64,000 bases of DNA from Octopus vulgaris (GCA_951406725.2 OX597815.1:52824001-52888000); one strand, 5' to 3'; positions 1 to 13,260 are shown, counted from the stretch's first letter. Notes: generated from the sequence alone by a model not told the origin. Program-made: numbers and translations.

Positions 1-670
1 AAGGCCTTTCGTTGACAATTTATTTTATTACAATGATTACTGCCTTCTCCGACTATTTACTCACAGCACGTGCCTCATATATATGTACACACACAGACAC
101 ACACACATGAATGCTTGTATGTATAAATATATATAAATATAGAGGAAGGGAGTGTGCGGCAAAGATGCAGAGAACGCATCGGCTTAGTCAGGCTGTTTTA
201 TCATAGAAACACTGCATGCAGGCAGACATTGTCCTCATTACCCAATAGATAAAAGGGCCTCATTCACATACGTAATGAGGAACAAACGTACGCTAAACAC
301 ACTCAGTGAAGTAGTTCGGGTTACACACGTATTGTAGACCTAACATCAATGTCAGGTTGTCTTTTATACCAATGAGGTAGAACGCCCATTTAGTAATGGT
401 AAAAAGAAACAAGCATTGTTGCAAGATGTAGTTACCTCGTCCCCGCCTCTTTTTTTTTTTACTTTCTTTTGTTCTCAGTTACATTCATTTGCTAGTAAAT
501 ATTTCTTTCTTTCTCTCTCTCCCCCTCTCTCTTTCTCTTTCTTTCCTTCCTCCCCCTCTTACTCCGCCTCTTTCTACCTCATTCTGTCATTTGAATAAAA
601 CTATTTTTATTTATTTGTATTTACATGTTCCACTTTATTCAGTATTTGTATTTTATTAATGACGAGCGAA

Positions 671-1463
671 AGGTGGCGAGTTAGCAGAATTTTCAGAACA
701 TTGGGAAAAAACGTTTTGGGGTATTTATTGCCACCATTTACGTTCTGAGTTCAAATTCTGCCGAGGTCGATATAACCTTCCATCATTTCGTGATCGATAA
801 AATATAAGTTAAGTACTGGGGTCAATGTAATCGACTAACCCACTTCTTTCAACATTACTGGTCTTGCGCCATAATTAGAAAGAATTAATGGCGGTGCATA
901 GCAGAATCGGTAGAGCGATGGACATTATGTAATGAAATATTTAATTGCAGTATTTGACGTTCCGAATTCGAATCTAACTGTGGTCGGCATTTACTGGCTT
1001 TGTTTGACTTATCTCCATCCTTCTGTGGTCGGTTAAACAAAAACTATTAAGGTCATTATAATCAACAATTCCAAGACGGTGAGCTGCAGAATAAGCGGAT
1101 TTTCATCCATCTTTACGTTCTGAGTTCAAATTTCCTCAAGGTTGACTTTGCCTATTATCTTATCGGGGTCGATGAAATGAGTACCAGTAGTACCAGTTAA
1201 ATACTGGAATCGATGCAATCGCCTTACCCGGCTCCTGAAATTGCTGGCCTTGTGCCAAAATATGAAACCAATATAATCAACAGTTCCTTCAAATGCGTGA
1301 CATTCTTTTTACGTTAGAAACCATTATTTATTAGTTAGGGAAGGTGGTGATCTGGCAGAATCGTTAGCACGCCGGACAAAATACTTAGTGGGGTCGAAGT
1401 AATTGACTTTTCCCTTCCCCCAAAAATTGTTGACCTTTTGCCAAAACTTTAAACCAATATTAT
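671..1463 (+). mobile_element. Cluster of ~4 degenerate copies of a tRNA-derived SINE (family A)
   Basis: Repeated head GG(C/T)GG(C/T)GAG(C/T)TGGCAGAATCG at ~672, ~890, ~1076 and ~1343, B-box-like GTTCTGAGTTCAAAT, central GAGGTCGAC..CCTT..CATC..GGGGTCGATAAAAT..GTACCAG and tail GGCCTTGTGCCAAAA..GAAACC. Confidence 0.8.
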
Positions 1464-3255
1464 TGACTGTTTCCTCTCTTTTTTCTGACCTAAGAAATCA
1501 TTATTTATTTCTTTATTGATGAAGGCAATGACAAAATCGAAAGAGCTACACCGAACGATTTTTTCCACTTACATATATTTACGCATTCTGATTGCAAATT
1601 TTAAACAGTCTCTATCTACCACCTACCATTCTCAAGGCATTTTCAAGCCAAATCTATGGCAGAAAACTCTTGCCCCAAATGGCGCGTTAATGGTGTCAAA
1701 GCTGGAGCGACATAGTTGCAAAGCAAAATTCTTAATACTAAAGCCTTGCCTAATCTATCCACTAGAGTCGAAAAAGCACCAGTCGACTAAAAAAATACAT
1801 TTACTATATTGTCTTTCCTTACAATGGTTATGTAATAAGAAATAAGGTAGTAGGACTTAAAAAAATAGCGACCAGTATAAAATAAACACTTTTCACTTAC
1901 TTATCTGTGTGTTCAACCCCCACTGCGGATCAGCCTTGCTCTTCAACTGACTATACCTATTCCATTGATGGTTTGGGGGCCATTAGAAACCAACAACTTA
2001 GTGGATTGGTAGAATCTTTAGGGCATAAAATAAAATTCCTTGTGATATTTCTTCAGGTTCTTCACATTTTAGATTCAAATCTCGTCATCAACCTCGCCTT
2101 TCATCAGCTGGTGTAGATTAAATAAAGTGTCTGTTAAATACGACTCACTGCTTCTTCTGTTAAAAATGACTCACTGCTTCTTCTCAAGATTCTGACATTA
2201 TGCCTAAACGAAAAATAATTAAGTATTTCACATTTAAAACTCTTCCGTAAATATGCTCTTTATTTTGTTACCCTATATTCCAGTATTGATTTTTTTTTTG
2301 CTTTAAGACGCAGGAATAGGGTTATAGAGAGAACATATGAGATGTTGTAGAATACATTACTTCGAGAGCAAGTGTTATACAAATGAAATGACGTGGTGGT
2401 AATCGAAACCGGTGTTCTCTTAATTTTTACTCTATAACCACTTTACTTTCATTTATTGATTTAGATGGATCACACTGAAAGTAGAACCTTTCTGGTGTCT
2501 TCCTCAGAAGGTGATCTGTCCTGTATTTACATCATTTCTACCCCTCTCCATTTTATATCTAGTACCTAAAATATAAGCGGTAGTTTTCATTGACATAACT
2601 GCCATTTTTTTCACAATAGGTTTGAATTCCAGTAGTTTAAATACTGACACAATGTTTTAAATTACTTCTGTACCATGTATCTTTCGACATTACATAAAGT
2701 TTAGCCTCATGCCATACATGTACATAGACGTCTGTTTTGCAGAGAATGATATTCTTTGACAAAGCTAACTTCGATTTTCAGTATTCATCCTTAGAGCTAT
2801 TTGGAGACATTAACAGCAATTGTTTTAAACAAGCACATATAACGATTTCCGTTTCTCATTAGCACCATAAGCCAAAGACTCTATTTAAATTCTCATAGAG
2901 CAGCAATATTTGCTTATACATACACCTGTTATTCAAATATATAAAGACAAACAATTCTTACTTGTTATCTAAACACAATCATGTCGTGAAACGTTGACTA
3001 GCATTAACACACACCACCTGCAATATTCTACATACTCAGTGATTTTACGAAATATTTATAGATCCCTTGTTTTACTTGAGTAGCCATTGAACAACTAAGA
3101 ACTTGACTCCATACATACAATATTTATCAACACTATTAAAATAACTCAAACTAGTTCCTTACTCTTTGATATTATGCCCATACCGTTCCATTCGAGCAAA
3201 CCAATTTTAACATCAACTTACGATCAAATCAGCTTGGTATTATTATCCTAAATAA

Positions 3256-3434
3256 GGCGGAGAGTTGGCACGCCGGGCAAAATGTTTAGCAGTATTTCAT
3301 CTGTCGCTACGTTCTGAGTTCAAATTCCGCCGAGGTTGACTTTGCGTTTCATCGTTTTGGGGGTCGAAAGATTAAGTACCAGTTGAGTAATGAGGTCGAC
3401 TTTCACCGAAATTTCAGGCCTTATAGTAGAAAAG
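3256..3434 (+). mobile_element. SINE family A copy with target-site duplication
   Basis: Same head, B-box and central motif as 671-1463. Flanked by ATTATTATCCTA(A/T)ATA at ~3239 and ~3435. Confidence 0.85.
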
Positions 3435-4302
3435 ATTATTATCCTATATACAAATTCTATTTTAAGCGGTATACCAACCACTTAGGAAGATGTTTTTTCT
3501 ACTATAGTTTGAATGAAGAATGTGACATGACTATGTTGCTTTTCTAAGTAATGTGACGTCCTTACTTTTCGAAGAGTATTACTGATGGAAATTATATGGG
3601 CCACGATTTGTATTACAACGGAACAAATTATCTCGTTTTCGTCAATGCGCGTTTCTGAGTTGCTAAGTTATTGGTAAGGCCACTATGACAAGAAAAGTAG
3701 CTGCAGAAAACTGGTTCTTATACTGTGCAACCCTCACTTCGATCTTTAATTTATCATACAGTCATTCATGTATTGGCTGTGGATATACATGCGCGTTCGC
3801 TGATCTTATTGACTCTCAAGAGACTCTGATACTCATCTTCTGACCTTCACTTGTATACAGGCCACAGATAAACAGCCACTTACATACTGACTGTCAACAC
3901 ATACAATCTCTCAATCAATCTTAGAGCTTCCCGCCCCAGAAATCATCACTCTATTTTATACGAAAGACATTATACTACACTTGCGTAGTCACCAATGGTT
4001 AGTGCATTCTAAAGCTGAACTAAACCTTGGTTTTACATGAATACTTTGAAAGATACACCTTGGTATGAGGATTTGAGAGAAAGTCATGATTGGGAATTAT
4101 AAACATAATGAACATTGCTGTCTTGTCTTTTGTTTTGAGATACTATCATCATATTACCAAAGTGACAGTCATTACCACGTTTCTTATCAGAACGTTACAT
4201 ATTAGAAGAATTTTAACATTAACATATTTAAATATTGAAAACTAAATATGCCATACCATAAATCTTCAATATCTCTTGACGCTTGCATGCCTTTATATAT
4301 AT

Positions 4303-5145
4303 ACTAGCAGAATTGCCCGGCGTTGCTCGGGGCTGAATTGCTTGAAAGTACTGTTAATGATTGCACTGAATTATGATGATTATTCAGGCAAATATTGAAA
4401 TAAGCTTACGGTGGGAGATAAGGACTTAACGCCAAACGTGTGCCATTGCATTGTTTTGGGGGAACCAAATTTCTGATGAGCATTATAGGGGCACTAACTT
4501 TAAGTTTGAGAAAGTGTGGTGGTAGTCCGGGGTGCTCAAAGGAATTGAGTACCTCTATTGGATAGTTGATGACGTCCTCTGGGTCAGGAGTTGTATCGAT
4601 AGACTGATATACATCGACTTCCCCAGGAATGAGTTTTAGCATTTCATCATTAATATGGTGAACAGTTTTATTCCTCGGGGCCAGTATAGCCTTTTTGCCA
4701 ATCCAATCCATATTCTGATAATTAGCTTGTAAATCTGGGAACACTGCATCTCTGAATCAGAAGGCGTCTTAACAATGGTACAAATGGAATCGATGGCAAT
4801 ATTACCATTTTCATCCCCTGGTATTTTGCCTTCGCCAAGTGCAAGGAGGGTGTGAGGAAATGCTGGTGATGTGATATTACGTCGCATATCAGCACGCATA
4901 TTGGTGTGAAGATTGAGAGTTACTTCCGTTTATTTAAAAAAATATGCATTAAAATGGAAAAAAATGATGGTAAATTATTTGTAAAATCATAGACTCATCG
5001 TAGACGCGCGCTAATACCCAGAAGGGCTCGATATGAATCACGACTATAAGATACCCGGTTTTGGTTAAACTGCATCGCAAAATGTGGGAGTAGTTAGGAA
5101 TCTAAATCGGAGTAGACAGACACACAACCTTTCTTTTATATATAA
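4303..5145 (+). mobile_element. Non-autonomous Helitron/Helentron-type element carrying a PIF1 helicase fragment
   Basis: Starts ACTAGCAGAATTGCCCGGCGTTGCTCGGG (subterminal hairpin) and ends ACAGACACACAACCTTTCTTTTATATATA, within TA-rich flanks. Contains an internal helicase remnant. Confidence 0.7.
4406..4920 (-). pseudogene. Helitron RepHel PIF1-like helicase fragment (frameshifted)
   Basis: Motifs L.TNMR, LLALGEG, AILAPRN..V..IN, PIEVLNS..PGLPPH.L.LKV.APIMLIRNL.P..CNGTRL, typical of Helitron helicases. Split over two frames. Confidence 0.9.
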
Positions 5146-5163
5146 ATACATACATACACACAC

Positions 5164-5194
<31 letters not shown>

Positions 5195-5219
5195 TACATG
5201 CATACATACATATACACAT

Positions 5220-5810
5220 AAACCGAGTAAAAAATTTCAGTTATCTCTCTCTTTCACACATTACTCTCTCTGTCTCTTCACACACACTAACAGAAGCACT
5301 TCACTTACACAACATACTGTCTGTCTCCCACACTCCATCAAACACACACACACACACACACACATGTACATCAATGAGTCCCATGCACGGTAACTTCAAA
5401 GGAACTTCCCTCGTCATACAATCGCTTTCTCTTAGTCTCTTTCGTTCTCATTACTTATGTAAAAAATAAAAGTTTTTTCTATGTGTGTAAAGAGGAAGTG
5501 GGAGGCAGAGTGAAAGAATCACTCACTACAGTAAGTGAATTACTTTCATTTTATTCCTTGCCCACTGTGTGTGTGCGTTTGCGTGTGGTGTAAACCAGAC
5601 TAAGAAAAGCATTTGACACACACACCAGAATGTGAGTTTTCTATAAATTTTGCTTAATTGGAGTTTAAATTTTAAAAACTGGACCTGGCATGACGCGATG
5701 CATTTGTACTCTCAAAAATGCTAGGTAAATTGTAATTGAAGAAATCCTATATTGTAGATTTCTATAACTCCCAAAGGGAGGCAGATAAAATCTGCCTTTT
5801 ATAATAAGAT
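5220..5810 (+). mobile_element. 3' part of a second non-autonomous Helitron-type element
   Basis: Ends with hairpin AGGCAGAT-AAA-ATCTGCCT followed by TTTATAATAAGA, then (TA)n. Confidence 0.45.
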
Positions 5811-5827
5811 ATATATATATATATATA

Positions 5828-8800
5828 GTTAATCCAAACAAGAAAACACAGAAAAAAACACAAATAAAAACACAGCAACGCGAGAACGTGGAACAATTAA
5901 AGTATTATTTGACGCTCAGGAAAGAAGGGAAGGAGGGTTTAACATTTCGAGTGGAGCTCTTCGTCGGAAACAAGGAGAAGGAAAGATCCCGAGAAGGGAA
6001 GACAGAGGAAAAAAATATTTTTGCTGGTGGTGCTCAAGAGATCACATGTTGAAAGAACAGAAGTTGAAAGGTAGACGAATCATGATTTTTAAAAACAAGA
6101 GAGTTTCAAAGACAAGGTATGTGTGTGGGTGCGCGTATGTGCAAGGATGACAAGTGTGTTTGTGCCTGCGTGCGTGTGTGTGTGTGTGTATATATGGTGA
6201 ATAATAGGCATGGCAAGCTAGCTGTCATAAAGGAGTGGCACTTTTTTGTATCCAGCGAGGTCAAAACCAGGTCAAAAAACAAAGGGGTATATGTGTGTGC
6301 GTGTAAGTATATGTATCATGTGTGTGTGTTGTTTGTAGTGTGTTTGTGCATCTATGTGTTCGTGTGTGTATGAGTAGAGTTTGGGTGTGTGGCGAGTAAC
6401 TGTGCTTAACCTAGTGTATGTGTGCGTGTGTGCTTGTACGTGCGTGTGTGTGTGTAGGGATGTATGTGTGGGTTCATTTGTGTGAGTGAGTATGTATGTA
6501 CGTGTATATGTGTGCGTGTATGTGTGCGTTTGTATGTGTTTATGTGTATGTGTGCGTGCGCGAATAGGTGTATATTGTGTATGCATATCTGTCGGTGTGT
6601 ATGTGAGTTTGTGTGTGTTTGTACGTGTGTATGTGTGTCCGCGTGTATAGTATATATATGTAAATGTGTGTGTGTGCGTGTGTGTGTACGTGCGTGCGAG
6701 TGAATGTATGTATATATGTGTGCGTGTGTGTACAATGTAGAGGCTTATATGTGTGTTTATATGTTTATATGTGTGTATGTATGTATGTATGTGTGTATGT
6801 GTGTAAGTGTGTGTGTGTATGTATGTGTGTATGTATGTGTATGTATGTGTGCATGCGTGTATGTGTGTGTGTATGTATGTATGTATATGTATGTATGTAT
6901 CCATGTATGTATGTGTGTACGTATGTGTGTGTATGTTTGTATGTGTGTATGTGTGTATGTGTATGTGTATGTAAGTGTGTATATGTATGCGTGTGTGTAT
7001 GTATCTATGTGTGTATGTGTGTGTATGTGTGTATGTATGTATGTGTGTGTATGTATGTATGTGTGTATGTGTGTGTATGTGTGTATATGTGTTTGTATGT
7101 ATGTGTGTGTATGTATGTGTGTGTGTATGTATGAATGTGTGCCTGCGTGTATGTGTGCATGTATATGTATGTGCGTGTGCGTGTATGTATGTATTTATGT
7201 ATGTATGTATGTGTGTATGTATGTGTGTGTGTATGTATGTATGTGTGTATGTGTGTATGTGTGTGTATGTGTATGTATGTATGTATATGTATGCGTGTAT
7301 GTATGTATGTATGTGTGTATGTGTGTGTGTCTGTGTGTATGTATGTATGTATGTATGTATGTGTGTGTGTATGTATGTGTGTGTGTATGTATGTATGTAT
7401 GTATGTACGTATGTATGTAAGTCTGTATGTATGTATGTATGTGTGTATGTATGTATTTATGCATGCGTGTATGTGTTTATGTGCGTGTGTGTACGTATGT
7501 ATGTATAGGTATGTGTGTGTGTATGTATGTATGTATGTATGTATGTATGTATGTATGTGTGTATGTGTGTGTATGTATGTATGTGTGCATGCGTGTATGT
7601 GTATATGTGTGTGTATGTATGTATGTATATATATGTGTGTGTATGTGTGTGTGTGTATGTGTGTATATGTGTGTGTATGTGCGTATGTATGTATGTATGT
7701 ATGTATGTATGTATGTGTGTGTATGTGTGTGTGTGTATGTGTCTATGTATGTATGTATGTATGTATGTATGTGTGTGTATGTATGTGTGTATGTGTGTAG
7801 GTGTGTGTGTGTATGTATGTTTGTACCTGTGCGTGTATGTATGTGTGTGTATGTATGCATGTGTGCGTGTGTGTGTGTATATGTGTGTGTGTATGTGCGT
7901 ATGTATGTATGTATATGTATGTTTGTGTATGTATGTATATATGTATGTATGTATGTGTGTATGTATGTGTGTATATATGTATGTATGTGTGTGTATGTAT
8001 GTATGTGTGTATGTGTGTGTGTATGTGTATGTATGTATGTATATGTGTATGCGTGTGTGTATGTATGTATGTGTGTATGTGTGTAAGTATATATGTATGT
8101 GTGCGTATGTAAGTGTGTGTGTATGTATGTATGTACGGGTGTACGTGTGTAAGTGTGTGTGTGTGTATGTGTATGTATGTATATGTACGCGTGTGTGTAT
8201 GTATGTTTGTGTGTATGTGTGTGTATGTGTGTATAGTATGTATGTGTGTGTATGTGTGTGTGTATGTGTATGTATGTGTGTGCATGTGTGTGTCTGTATG
8301 TATGTATGTATATGTATGTGTGTGTGTATATATATATGTATGTGTCTGTGTATGTATGTGTGTATGTATGCGTGTGTGTACGTATGTATGTGTGTATGTG
8401 TGTATGTGTGTGTGTGTATGTATGTATATGTATGCGTGTGTGTATGTAAGTATGTGTGTATGTATGTATGTATGTGTGTGTATGTGTGTGTGTATGTATG
8501 TGTGTGTATGTATGTGTGTATGTGTGTGTATGTATGTATGTATGTAAGTGTGAGTGTGTATGTATGTATGTGCGTATGTATGTGTGTATGTGTGTGTGTA
8601 TGTATGTGTATATATGTATGTGTATAAATGTATGTGTATATATGTATGTATGTGTGTGTGTATGTATGTGTATATATGTATGTATGTATATATGTATATA
8701 TGTATATATGTATGTATGTTGGAGTTGTGTGGGCGTAAGGTACATGCGCGTGCTTGTGTGCGTGTGTGCGCTTACGTGCGTGTATCTGTGCGTCTCAGCT

Positions 8801-9246
8801 AGGTGTTTATAGGAGTCTGCGTATCTGTATGAGTATTGTCCCTGGTGTGTGTGCACGGGCATGTCTGTGTGCGCGCGTGTGGGTGTGTGGGTGTGTGTAT
8901 AGGTGTGGTTGTGTGCGTACATGTGCATGTACGTTGTGTGTGTGTGGTGTGTTAGGGAGTAGGTGTGTTCGTGGGTACGTGAGTATGTGTGTGTGTGTCT
9001 GCATAAGGACAATTATAAAAAATAAAAAATAAAAAATATAAAATAAAAAATAAAAAATAATAAATAAAAAATAAAAGTTGCTAGTGGGGAGAAGTGGGGC
9101 GCAGTCACTAAGAGGAGGGGGCTGTGTTGAGTCTGTAGAAGGAATACGAGCCGTTGCTCCAAGTGAAGCCTAGATTGTGGAGAGCCGTTGTTTGGGACAA
9201 GACCAAACACCGAGATGTCATCGGGGGAATGGCCTCAGATGTTCGG

Positions 9247-9250
<4 letters not shown>
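5828..9250 (-). mobile_element. 3' end of a Neptune-type Penelope-like element: GIY-YIG C-terminal remnant, microsatellite-expanded 3' region, degenerate HHR
   Basis: Minus strand 9250-9120 reads FAEHL then GHSPDDISVFGL..R..LEQRLVFLLQTQ (PLE endonuclease tail). Degenerate HHR at 5938-5970. Terminal region is similar to 61979-62130. Confidence 0.65.
6290..9000. repeat. Compound (TG)n/(TATG)n microsatellite, ~2.7 kb
   Basis: Directly visible. Source of all the MCVY/HTYI ORFs here. Confidence 0.97.
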
Positions 9251-9288
<38 letters not shown>

Positions 9289-9315
9289 GGTACATACATT
9301 TATATATATATAGAT

Positions 9316-9346
<31 letters not shown>

Positions 9347-9370
9347 CACACACACACACACATGTATATA

Positions 9371-9401
<31 letters not shown>

Positions 9402-10153
9402 GAGAGCATTCTTTTCTTTGTAGTTTGATCGTAGGTGATCTACTTCTAGCATATGGCTGACCACATAGTGGTTTTTAGCCCTTTAAATATACACATGTAT
9501 TAGAATTTTCTCTGATTTTTCAGACTCTTGTATGCTAGGCTACTGGTTTTAAACTTATATTAATTAAATTAATATTCAATTTATCTCCCTCATTATTTAA
9601 ATGTTAAAATAAATATGTTCTCTAATAGGCAGCATTAACTGCAGTAAATTATTTACTGCAGTTTATGTTTCCGGAATTTAGCGCGCCAGAACTCAAACAT
9701 TTGAAATTAATCCCAATGTAATCGGTGGAACTAAGCACGTGTCTGTTTTTATACTGAAAACTGGTGGTTAGTTTTACAAATTATATTGCTTGTGGAACGA
9801 TCGTACTGACGAGCACTACGGACGAAGGGATTACGTAAGTGATTTATTCTTTTATAGGCGAAATCGCCGGTCTGCGATTAATTCTTGTTTTTTATATAAT
9901 TTTCATCTGTCTTGCCCGCATATTGTTCTGGTGTCTGCTGAATTTTTCCCTAGAGAACATTCTTTTCTTTGTAGTTTGATCGTAGGTGATCTACTTCTAG
10001 CATATGGCTGACCACATAGTGGTTTTTAGCACTTTTAATATACACTTGTATTAGAATTTTCTCTGATTTTTCAGACTTTTTTATGCTAGGCTACTGTTTT
10101 TAAATTAATATTAATTAAATTAATATTCAATTCATCTCCCTCATTATTTAAAT
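9402..10153 (+). mobile_element. Terminally redundant non-coding unit (~551 bp period, ~200 bp direct repeat) with an HHR; retrozyme/pLTR-like
   Basis: 9402-9602 is repeated at 9953-10153. (TA)n on both sides. HHR at 9799-9879. Confidence 0.75.
9799..9879 (+). ncRNA. Type I hammerhead ribozyme motif
   Basis: GATCGTA-CTGACGA(9806)-GC..GC-GAAA(9860)-TCGCCG-GTC^-TGCGATT. Stem I pairs with G-U wobbles; stem II is weak. Confidence 0.65.
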
Positions 10154-10173
10154 ATATATATATATATATATAC

Positions 10174-10279
<106 letters not shown>

Positions 10280-10327
10280 AGTGAATTGAAGAAATGGAGT
10301 TGAACGAAGATTGAACAGAAATCGTTT

Positions 10328-10420
10328 TATTGCATTCTACACGTGTTTCGAAAGGCACAATTTACCAAATTCCGATTAAATAAGGAGACCATATTGTGTC
10401 TTTCTCTTCAGGAAGAAATA
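10328..10420 (-). ncRNA. Type I minimal HHR with palindromic stem III (CACGTG) in the PLE 3' end
   Basis: Minus strand: TATTTCTTC-CTGAAGA-GAAAGACACAAT..ATTGTGCCTTTC-GAAA-CACGTG-TA^-GAATGCAATA, overlapping AATAAA. Confidence 0.85.
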
Positions 10421-11007
10421 GGAAATCCGTTGGAAAAAACAAAAACAGAACAGAGGCGGAGCAAAACAAATCGAACGAGGCTCCTAAGAGCCCATGGCCA
10501 AACTGTTTATCAATGTATGTTGAAAACTGGTGGCGGGTGCGTTGAAGGTTTTAACGGGTCAGGCAGCGGTCATTCCTGTGGGTGGTAGCACAGGGTGCTT
10601 AGATGTTCTTTGTGACCGAGACTAAAGTTCTGACTATTTAAAGAATATTAGGTGTATTATATGGGGCGAGGCAAAATCTACTTAGAAACATGTGTGTGTG
10701 TGCTGTTCTATGTGTTCGTATGTGCGTTTGATCACGTGGCCGTCAGTTGGTAAACAGCCCTGCACAATGGTCACTGCTATAAAATCCGTCGGGTGGCAGA
10801 AAAAAATTTTTTTATGTGTGCGTGTGTTCGTCTAAGCCTGCCTTGTCAAAGAAACCCCCCGTCGTCAAGACAAACCCCATTCGTCTCCCAGGAGTAATTC
10901 CCCTTGCAATGGTTAATCATATTTCTCATAAAAGTTATTCAGAATTTATTTCCAAGGGCTATTTTCATATAAGTAGTGTAACCGGGTGCAGGTATTATTT
11001 ATAAGCG

Positions 11008-13260
11008 TTATTTATAAGCAAGATAAGTATAACGCCGCCAGTGGGGGCATCGAAAAGCCGACTGTAAAAGCCCGTTTACTATCCGGTCTCTGGCGAACAA
11101 TATATGGAAGAGTTCGGAGACACAAAGGTTGCACTTCCTTCTGCCCCTGTCAAATGGGGGGCCACCGACAAAATTGACCATTCCAGGCTGTAGCTTGAGT
11201 TCGTATTCTTCAATCGCCATATTAGCTTGCTGAGTCCCGTGGTCTGGCATTTATTCACGTCTCGAAAAGTTGCGTAATGGTTGGAGATCCGTGAGGACAA
11301 TCTTGACGATGAGGCCCCGACATAAGAGTAGACATCTGAGTCCGTGTAAACCTTACATTGGTAGACGGCGTTTCTGATCTTGGAGTTCACCGACGTGAAC
11401 CTTATTCTATTAGGATTAGTTTCTGAAATTAGAACTGCGTTACTGTTACTATATTTGTTGCGAGAACTGCAGCCGCTTACTACTTTAATTTCCACTACGT
11501 CACTATTACCTAACGGAATAACACCTGATTCTACACTATCACTCAGAGTGCTGTCATTGCTAGTGCCCGTGGTGCTGCTATTGCCGGAAACGATGCTGGA
11601 GTTGATATTGGGACTCTCTACCCCAACGAGTGAGCTGCGCTCACCTCACTACTGCCATCGTTACCGTCAATGACATCACCCTTATTTATAACTATACCCC
11701 TAGTATATAATCCCTGGTTGGAGCTGAGATTATGAGTCACTGTACTGGCTCTCATATCATTATTACTACTATTATTATTCCTACTGGGCGTTAAACCGGG
11801 AGCGGAAGAAGCTGTGCCTCCGGATAAAGGTGGTAGGGTCTTGGTAAGCAGCCTATTATTATGGGAGGCGACTATCTGGGCGAGGTTTTTAGTGTTGGAG
11901 AAAGCTATCCTAACTTTATGCGAATTAACCGTGGAGTAATATTTGGAATTTCTGGGGAAGTTATTGGCGATGGCTTGTCGAAACATGAGGGGAGGTTAGT
12001 TCTAATCTGCTTACCAAAGGGAATTACAAACCATATATGCTTGTTCCTATTTATGTGATGGGTCGGGACGCCAGCTCTCGCATTCGGGTGGGTGATTCTC
12101 GGATGAATAACGGGTTTTGGGTTAGTGTGAGATCCCCCGGACCGATAATTATCCTTGTTCGCTAAATTAAATGCGGGAGCGACTGCCCCAGCACCCGCCG
12201 CGCTCCCGTCACTACTTAAATTATTAATGTTATTATAGACGGCCCTATCCTGATGACCGAATGATGGCATCGGAAGGGCCGGATCAATATAAATTACCTT
12301 CTGCCTATAACCGGCCTTGGATAGTGCGGCGTTATAAAATTCCGCTTTCTGCATAAAAATATCGGCACTAGCGGACAAGCCAGACAATCTTAGAGAGATG
12401 TTTTTAACCAAATTGTCTGTTACGGTTTTGGCATGATTGGAGAAGACACTGACATACTTCAAATTAGTGGAAGGCTTATGGTAAGGGCAGTATGAGTCGC
12501 TATTAAGGTTAAGTGTAACGTCTAGGAAATTTGCCTTGGTGAGTTCATTATCAAAAACTATATTCATGCCCATTCTATTAAAAAACCTAGCTAACCTGCT
12601 CTTAGTTTTCTGCACTATTCTGTTCGTGGTGTTTTGCAGGTAAAACAGACAATCGTCACGATACAGGCCGCCCGCGATCTCCGGGAATGGTCGGACAATT
12701 CATAGAGAATATATATTCCGACCAAATCGGCTATCTGCGCACTATCCGAACTACCCATAGGCACATCAAATTCATTGGGAGTATCTTTACGGATCCACAA
12801 CTTATTATCAAACTTAATAAACGATTTCCTGGCAACTAAAATGATATCTATTTCTTCTCTGGTGAGGCCAGCCTTGTTGTGAGCATGCCAAAGGGCCTTA
12901 TTTAGTACACTAGGGTTAATCGAGGGGTAGAAGCTGGCGATATCAAACTGGATGAACCTAGTACGGTTCTTATTGGGGATGGAAGAGAACCACTTCACTA
13001 CCTGCGAGGAGTTGGCCCAGAGGCTGAGCTTCAGTTTGTTTACTAAACTAGGGATATATTTATCTAAAATGTACTTACTGATTATCCCGATATCAGAGCT
13101 AGCAGGGCATATGAGTCTTAGCGCTGGGTTGGTGTGGAAGTTCGGTTTATGGTCCTTCACTATGAATCTAGGTTGCTTAGGGCTAAGCGGCTGCGTTCTC
13201 ATTTGAATTCCGTGTTTCAACATTTTTTCCTTAATTTCCAAGTTTACCTTCCTCAGGGTA
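11008..13260 (-). pseudogene. Naiad-type PLE reverse transcriptase/GIY-YIG endonuclease (about 4 frameshifts)
   Basis: KDHKPNF..NP.LRLICP, FIQFDIASFYPSI, FDVPMGS.DSAQIADLVG, GLYRDD (~12660, shifted frame), NFLDVTLNL, SNH; EN: NAVYQC..YVGA..R..NH..F..LSKLIW.LK..W.IL, CNLCVSE, CPH. Confidence 0.92.

Noticed and set aside
2740-3240. Possible ancient PLE endonuclease tail on the minus strand
   Set aside because: Only faint motif echoes, not distinguishable from chance by eye.
6119-9428. Many long ORFs (up to 511 aa) of MCVY/HTYI composition, and similar ORFs elsewhere (poly-I/N, YI, LSIY, SF/KER)
   Set aside because: They are translations of microsatellites that lack stop codons, with no domain content.
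10420-11008. SECIS element / selenoprotein recoding, reported for some Naiad elements
   Set aside because: No in-frame TGA at a conserved Cys position (the breaks are frameshifts), and the ATGA..AA candidates have the wrong spacing and no paired GA.
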